This document shows, in pieces, positions 16,301 through 20,000 of a stretch of 20,000 nucleotides of DNA. A program made the translations under genes and the position numbers. The stretch comes from an uncultured virus (IMG/VR IMGVR_UViG_3300038318_000272). Lineage: Duplodnaviria; Heunggongvirae; Uroviricota; Caudoviricetes. Within the stretch, counting starts at the first letter, position 1. Every line of letters starts with the position of its first letter. The stretch lies in the IMG/VR virus record IMGVR_UViG_3300038318_000272, positions 48,843 through 68,842 of that record. The stretch is one strand, 5' to 3'. The notes under the pieces are model-generated. The model made no database searches. It worked only from the letters and a program-made list of their open reading frames with translations, and was not told the DNA's origin.

Positions 16301-19300
16301 TCTCAGTTCAACATCTTGAGTTTGTGGAGCAAAACGGGGGTTATAAAGAGTATATAGTTACCCCAAGTGGTGTCTGGAAACTATATAGAACTCTGAACGG
16401 AGATGGAACAGGATACTCCAGCACGCCATACCGTTCGTATGCTCAAGCAACCGATACCGATATTTTGACAAAAGGGCATGTGGCGGACATTTTAGCCCCA
16501 AAACAGGATAAGCTTACCTTCGATACTGCCCCCACCACATCCTCCACCAATCCCGTCACCAGTGATGGGATAAAGACTGCTTTAGATGCTAAACAAGACA
16601 CCTTGACTTTCGATACTGCCCCCACCACATCCTCCACCAATCCCGTTACAAGCGGTGGCGTGAAGACCGCTTTAGATGCTAAACAAGATACAATCACTGG
16701 TGGTGCAACTACAATCGCTACAACCAACCTTACAGGTTTACGTGCTTTAGTGTCGGATGCCAGTGGAAAGGTTGGTGTAAGCACTGCAACGGCTACACAA
16801 TTAGGATACCTTGTAGGAGTTACTTCTGCAATACAGACACAGCTCAATTCAAAACAAGCCACTCTGACGTTCGACACCAGCCCTACATCTGCTTCGACCA
16901 ATCCCGTGACAAGCGGTGGAGTGAAGACCGCACTCGATGGTAAGGTGTCGAAGACAGGTTATGAAACAATAGAGGGGGTAAAGACGTTTACGGATACGCC
17001 TATTGTATCGACCAACTATAGTAGTATACAGCTAAAGAGCAAACTAGAAAATTCTAACATATATTTTTACACACAAGACCAGTCAGCCCCGACAACAATG
17101 ATAAGAGGCGAGGACTATGGCTCAATAACTGCGTATACGCAAATACGAACGAGAAATAACCGTACGACCCAGACCGCTGAGATTACTATAGGCGTTGAAG
17201 ATAACGGAAGAACATACGCCACCGCACCTCTGACAAATAACACACCAACGACATATGAGATAATCACAGGTGGTTGGATAACCTCTAAACTCGCATTGAA
17301 ACAGGATAAACTTACTTTCGATACCACCCCAACAGCATCTTCGACCAATCCTGTTACCTCAGGTGGTATCAAGACCGCTCTGGACACCAAGCAGAATAAC
17401 ATTACAGGAGGAGCTACTACAATCGCTTCCTCTAATCTGACCGCATCAAGGGCATTGATATCCGATGGGAGTGGAAAGGTAGCTGTTAGTGCAGTAACCG
17501 CTACAGAGTTGGGATATGTCGATGGCGTGACCAGCCCCATACAGACGCAACTGAATGGGAAACAACCCAACTTAACATTCGATACAACTCCAACAGCTTC
17601 TTCCTTGAACCCAGTCACATCTGGGGGTATAAAGACTGCATTGGATGCTAAGCAGAACAGCATTCCACAGCTCACCTGCGCTACTGCTGTCTCAACGACG
17701 GCGAAGGTCATAACAGGCACATACACTCCGCAGATAGGGGATATATTCGCAGTCAAATTCACATCGGGAAACACTGCGAACTCGATTACGCTGAACATCA
17801 ACGGAGGGGGTGCAAAGCAGGTCCGCACTTCGGCAGGTCAACCTTCCTCCAACTCCAACGCTGGAGCCACTTACGCTATCGCGAATGGGACCATGCTGTT
17901 CTATGCAACTCCCAATTCCGCTGGAACCAGCATAGAATATTATAATCTGTTGGGTTCTCAGGACCTTTTCGATGCTGACACCACGATGATTAACAACGTA
18001 AGGTTGGCAGGTCAGGCATTGAAGGTTTCCTCGTCGTCCATCGTAGGCTCGACCGCATCCGAATCCAGGGACATTCGTGCATACTACCCCTTTTTAGGGA
18101 CTCTAGCCGATGGAACTGTGGACAAGGTATCTGTAACTGGAGTTTATATCGACCCCACTACAGGAGAAACGTCCGCCACACAAGGAACCAAGGTGGTGGG
18201 AAATACTGCAGGAGAAAGGATATTCACAACAAATCCGATTGATTTATCTCTGCCGATATATTATCTCGACTCAGGCACCAGTGCATTTGTATCCAATGGA
18301 GTCGTGTACGATTCGATAATGTGTATTGAGGCAGTGGGCACCACAAACTGGAAATATTCAATCGGTAGATTCTACGATGCATCTGGAACGCTAAGAGATA
18401 ACTCATATATGAGTGTGGATTTAGCACAGCAGAATTTGTACATCGGAGGGATATTATCTGTAGATGCGAATGGGAAACAGTTCATGACACCGATGGAATA
18501 CTCGATGTCCCTTAGAAATACGGATTATGTCTATAAAATGATTGGAGGTACAACCTCAGGGACGGCATCTACAAGCCCATACTATAATCATTCCATATTC
18601 TCACAACCTGTGTTCAGGTATGTCGATGGGGCATGGATACAAGGCGATGGGATTAGCACGGTCACACCTGCCGATTTAGCTAAGATTGCAAATCTGCCTG
18701 CAAATACAATCTCTGACTTAAGTGGTAAAGTGTCTAAGACGGGCGACGAGACGATAAGCGGGACAAAAACTTTTACATCATCGCCTATTATTTATCAAAA
18801 TTATGGAAATTTGATATTAAAAAGTAAGTTGGCTAATAGCAACGTTGTTTTTCATAACGGCGATTCTTCAGACCGTACTACTCTTTTAAGAAGCCAGGAC
18901 GATGGGGCCACCTATGCTTATTCCCAACTACATACAGTGAATAACCGTACTGGAAAAGTAGCTGAAATAGTAGTTAGAGTCAATGACGCTGATAGTGAGG
19001 GGTATGTGACGGCATCCAGGCGGTCTAATCCAGGGTCTTACGATGTCGTAACAAAAGGGTATTTAGACACACGACTTACAGATAAGCAGGATAACCTCAC
19101 TTTCGACAGTGCGCCAGCAAGCGGTAGCACTAACCCTGTTACGAGCGGTGGCGTGAAGACCGCTTTAGATGCTAAACAAGATACAATCACTGGAGGAGCG
19201 ACTACAATCGCCTCCTCTAATTTAACTGCATCCAGAGCATTGATATCCGATGGGAGTGGAAAGGTAGCTGTTAGTGCTGTAACGTCAACCGAACTTGGGC

Positions 19301-19923
19301 ACTTGGATGGGGTAACGTCGGCTATACAGTCACAGCTCAACGCCAAACAGGCTACGCTGACCTTCGACTTAACCCCTACGGCATCATCTACGAATCCTGT
19401 TACCTCTGGTGGAGTTAAAACAGCGTTAGATGCTAAGCAGGATACTATTAACTTTACACCCCATAGGGTGTTGGTTACAGGCACGGACGGTAAAGTGGCT
19501 ACAACGAATATAACAACTACACACTTAGGATACCTGAGTGGGGTGACATCCGCTATCCAAACACAACTCAATGGTAAGCAGGACAAATTCAGCCTATACG
19601 AGCATACTGTAAGGGTTTGGACTACCGTAGCACCACACAAATTTAGATTTTCTTTGACAATACTAAATCAATCCCCGACAGAGTTTACTCTTCCTACTCT
19701 TCGGGACTACCTCGGTTCGTCAGCGGGTGACTTTAAGCAGTGCTCTGGTTTGACACGGGAACTTTCGGGCACCACGAGAATTTTAACGGGTGTACGTGGG
19801 GGCAACACAACCGAGTTTGTTTTTGAGGGAGTTAATAAGTCCACGGGGGCAATCGACAGCTTGTCGCTTGACTGGATGCTGGTCGAGGTACTAATTGCAG
19901 ACAAGGTACGCCAAATAGTGTGA
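13327..19923 (+). CDS. Long mosaic side tail fibre/adhesin, 2198 aa
   Basis: N-terminal BppU-like attachment domain (GDNETATLIFEFP), a 6-residue-periodic beta-helix-like region (~14090-14750), two KxTYDxKGLVT repeats, four KxGxExIxGxKTF motifs, seven LTFDxxPxxxSxNPVTSxGxKTALDxK repeats, and interspersed globular modules. Thr/Ser/Gly-rich. Confidence 0.88.
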   Translation: MHIRKTYIGSDTRRLLPEKVEFAGVSGDNETATLIFEFPETYADYDKYIEWNIEIPFPDSKKTFKPLYPLTDDSFVIPRRLTKVCNGLDVDFNLVFVKDNTLIEKSLQSTVHFATSANGDAIDDETDETSPLYMLIANAHIKAEYSENDVSYRPQITFTALDGSTQTLTLNMPYLNDAGKIPDYFLDKVFVVEIFSIASVNDLISLTEARKSDWAITPEQDLYLLTGEDYSISSNWLKVYSHDPTYNSITISNKSTTGSLEVLGNTRLIGDLDVDSNLNVSQDVSVTGSVTTGTLEALQDVLIGGNAEVGGDLLVNGSINTVIDVHASNDLSSARDTTVGRDLRVDGNASVGGDLLVEGSINTVINVNAQNDLTSVRDIKSGRNLEVEGTTLLKGDVTALSRVNITGDVLIGGNTEIKGDLDVDGSIDTVINVNAQTDLTAGQDLKATRNLEIGGTSTLKGDVLVEADLQAGGGINTSLSGNSPVVTDANGKLTVANISVSDLENLTGIEGNVQLQIDTKEDKINKVNSWAGTPSDVSYPSEKLVKSSLDTKVDKNTAITSDTKCKVTYDAKGLVTGGADLADTDVPPLSTSKIVGLDTTLSGINTTLGTKVDKNDTIVGATKAKITYDSKGLVTAGADLVASDIPNLNASKINAGTLGVDRIPNISANKITSDTLTDARIPSNIERNTNKIQDIQSTIGYTGSDTDYPSVHAVQKYTSGVSTPILEAISDLQDDKADDDKVVHKAGNETIAGIKTFSDNVEIGTTLVPKQLSIKGNLLIDGNITQNGSSYETHAQQVYTTDDKIIMRDGATAGLIAGDTSGLTFKKYDGTNDGELSVDSSGTARVGDVGDLQPLATRDEIGLMSDDTPVVWDADNLKLVTRQLTKGDVGLDNVSNLAPADLGISTATQTALDNTVKKTGNEEIAGIKTFTTGIYQKSTQDIGVAGYNSRIINRLYDVNNELLFNDQITKESNIGTGRKVLLGNKDTSGTYFSVQHLEFVEQNGGYKEYIVTPSGVWKLYRTLNGDGTGYSSTPYRSYAQATDTDILTKGHVADILAPKQDKLTFDTAPTTSSTNPVTSDGIKTALDAKQDTLTFDTAPTTSSTNPVTSGGVKTALDAKQDTITGGATTIATTNLTGLRALVSDASGKVGVSTATATQLGYLVGVTSAIQTQLNSKQATLTFDTSPTSASTNPVTSGGVKTALDGKVSKTGYETIEGVKTFTDTPIVSTNYSSIQLKSKLENSNIYFYTQDQSAPTTMIRGEDYGSITAYTQIRTRNNRTTQTAEITIGVEDNGRTYATAPLTNNTPTTYEIITGGWITSKLALKQDKLTFDTTPTASSTNPVTSGGIKTALDTKQNNITGGATTIASSNLTASRALISDGSGKVAVSAVTATELGYVDGVTSPIQTQLNGKQPNLTFDTTPTASSLNPVTSGGIKTALDAKQNSIPQLTCATAVSTTAKVITGTYTPQIGDIFAVKFTSGNTANSITLNINGGGAKQVRTSAGQPSSNSNAGATYAIANGTMLFYATPNSAGTSIEYYNLLGSQDLFDADTTMINNVRLAGQALKVSSSSIVGSTASESRDIRAYYPFLGTLADGTVDKVSVTGVYIDPTTGETSATQGTKVVGNTAGERIFTTNPIDLSLPIYYLDSGTSAFVSNGVVYDSIMCIEAVGTTNWKYSIGRFYDASGTLRDNSYMSVDLAQQNLYIGGILSVDANGKQFMTPMEYSMSLRNTDYVYKMIGGTTSGTASTSPYYNHSIFSQPVFRYVDGAWIQGDGISTVTPADLAKIANLPANTISDLSGKVSKTGDETISGTKTFTSSPIIYQNYGNLILKSKLANSNVVFHNGDSSDRTTLLRSQDDGATYAYSQLHTVNNRTGKVAEIVVRVNDADSEGYVTASRRSNPGSYDVVTKGYLDTRLTDKQDNLTFDSAPASGSTNPVTSGGVKTALDAKQDTITGGATTIASSNLTASRALISDGSGKVAVSAVTSTELGHLDGVTSAIQSQLNAKQATLTFDLTPTASSTNPVTSGGVKTALDAKQDTINFTPHRVLVTGTDGKVATTNITTTHLGYLSGVTSAIQTQLNGKQDKFSLYEHTVRVWTTVAPHKFRFSLTILNQSPTEFTLPTLRDYLGSSAGDFKQCSGLTRELSGTTRILTGVRGGNTTEFVFEGVNKSTGAIDSLSLDWMLVEVLIADKVRQIV
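16501..19582 (+). repeat. Dispersed coding repeats in the fibre shaft: seven ~30-aa LTFD units and three full plus one partial ~57-aa ITGGATTIA...IQxQLNxKQ units
   Basis: Exact DNA matches: 16519-16556 = 16609-16646 (38 nt), 16651-16700 = 19144-19193 (50 nt), 17452-17492 = 19237-19277 (41 nt). Confidence 0.92.
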
Positions 19924-19963
19924 GGGTGTAACAAACTCCTCTCACCCCATCCCCCCCTCCTTC

Positions 19964-20000
<37 letters not shown>

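Noticed and set aside
16501..19582. CRISPR array
   Set aside because: Repeats are in-frame coding units with synonymous variation and irregular spacing, not identical repeats with unique spacers.
11740..19923. Diversity-generating retroelement or invertase shufflon acting on the fibres
   Set aside because: No reverse transcriptase or recombinase gene, no repeat pair differing only at adenines, and no inverted cassettes are visible. A template repeat outside the window cannot be excluded.
1501..19934. Numerous minus-strand and alternate-frame ORFs (for example 1501-1794, 7125-7517, 16443-16901, 17115-17828, 19038-19640)
   Set aside because: All lie within longer, coherent + strand structural genes. 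They are shadow ORFs from codon bias and repeats, with no recognisable motifs or expression signals.

Overview
The window is the virion morphogenesis (late) region of a tailed dsDNA virus (Caudoviricetes) or provirus, almost entirely on the + strand. Gene order: 3' end of an HK97-type major capsid protein, two antisense tRNA-Leu genes (UAA, CAA), a putative capsid decoration protein with three adhesin-type beta-repeats, a head-tail adaptor with an extra N-terminal domain, tail terminator, major tail protein, tail assembly chaperone with a -1 slippery site, tape measure protein, two paralogous distal-tail-like proteins, a tail hub/tip protein, a tail fibre chaperone and a 2198-aa mosaic tail fibre, followed by a (CT)n tract. 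No sheath gene is visible, so a siphovirus-like virion is likely. TATA-box promoters, near-leaderless starts, a GGTGA ribosome-binding site and archaeal-style tRNA-Leu variable arms point to a non-halophilic archaeal host. Methanomassiliicoccales/Thermoplasmatota is a plausible but unproven guess. Most notable: (i) both viral tRNA-Leu carry U73 instead of the usual A73; (ii) the chaperone frameshift site C CCT TTA has the gene's only TTA codon in the A site, the codon read by the viral tRNA-Leu(UAA); (iii) 25-bp direct repeats bracket the tRNA plus decoration-gene block; (iv) adhesin- or carbohydrate-binding-like domains sit on head, neck and tail-tip proteins; (v) the fibre gene shows repeat-mediated mosaicism. 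All protein calls come from motif recognition and synteny, not database searches.
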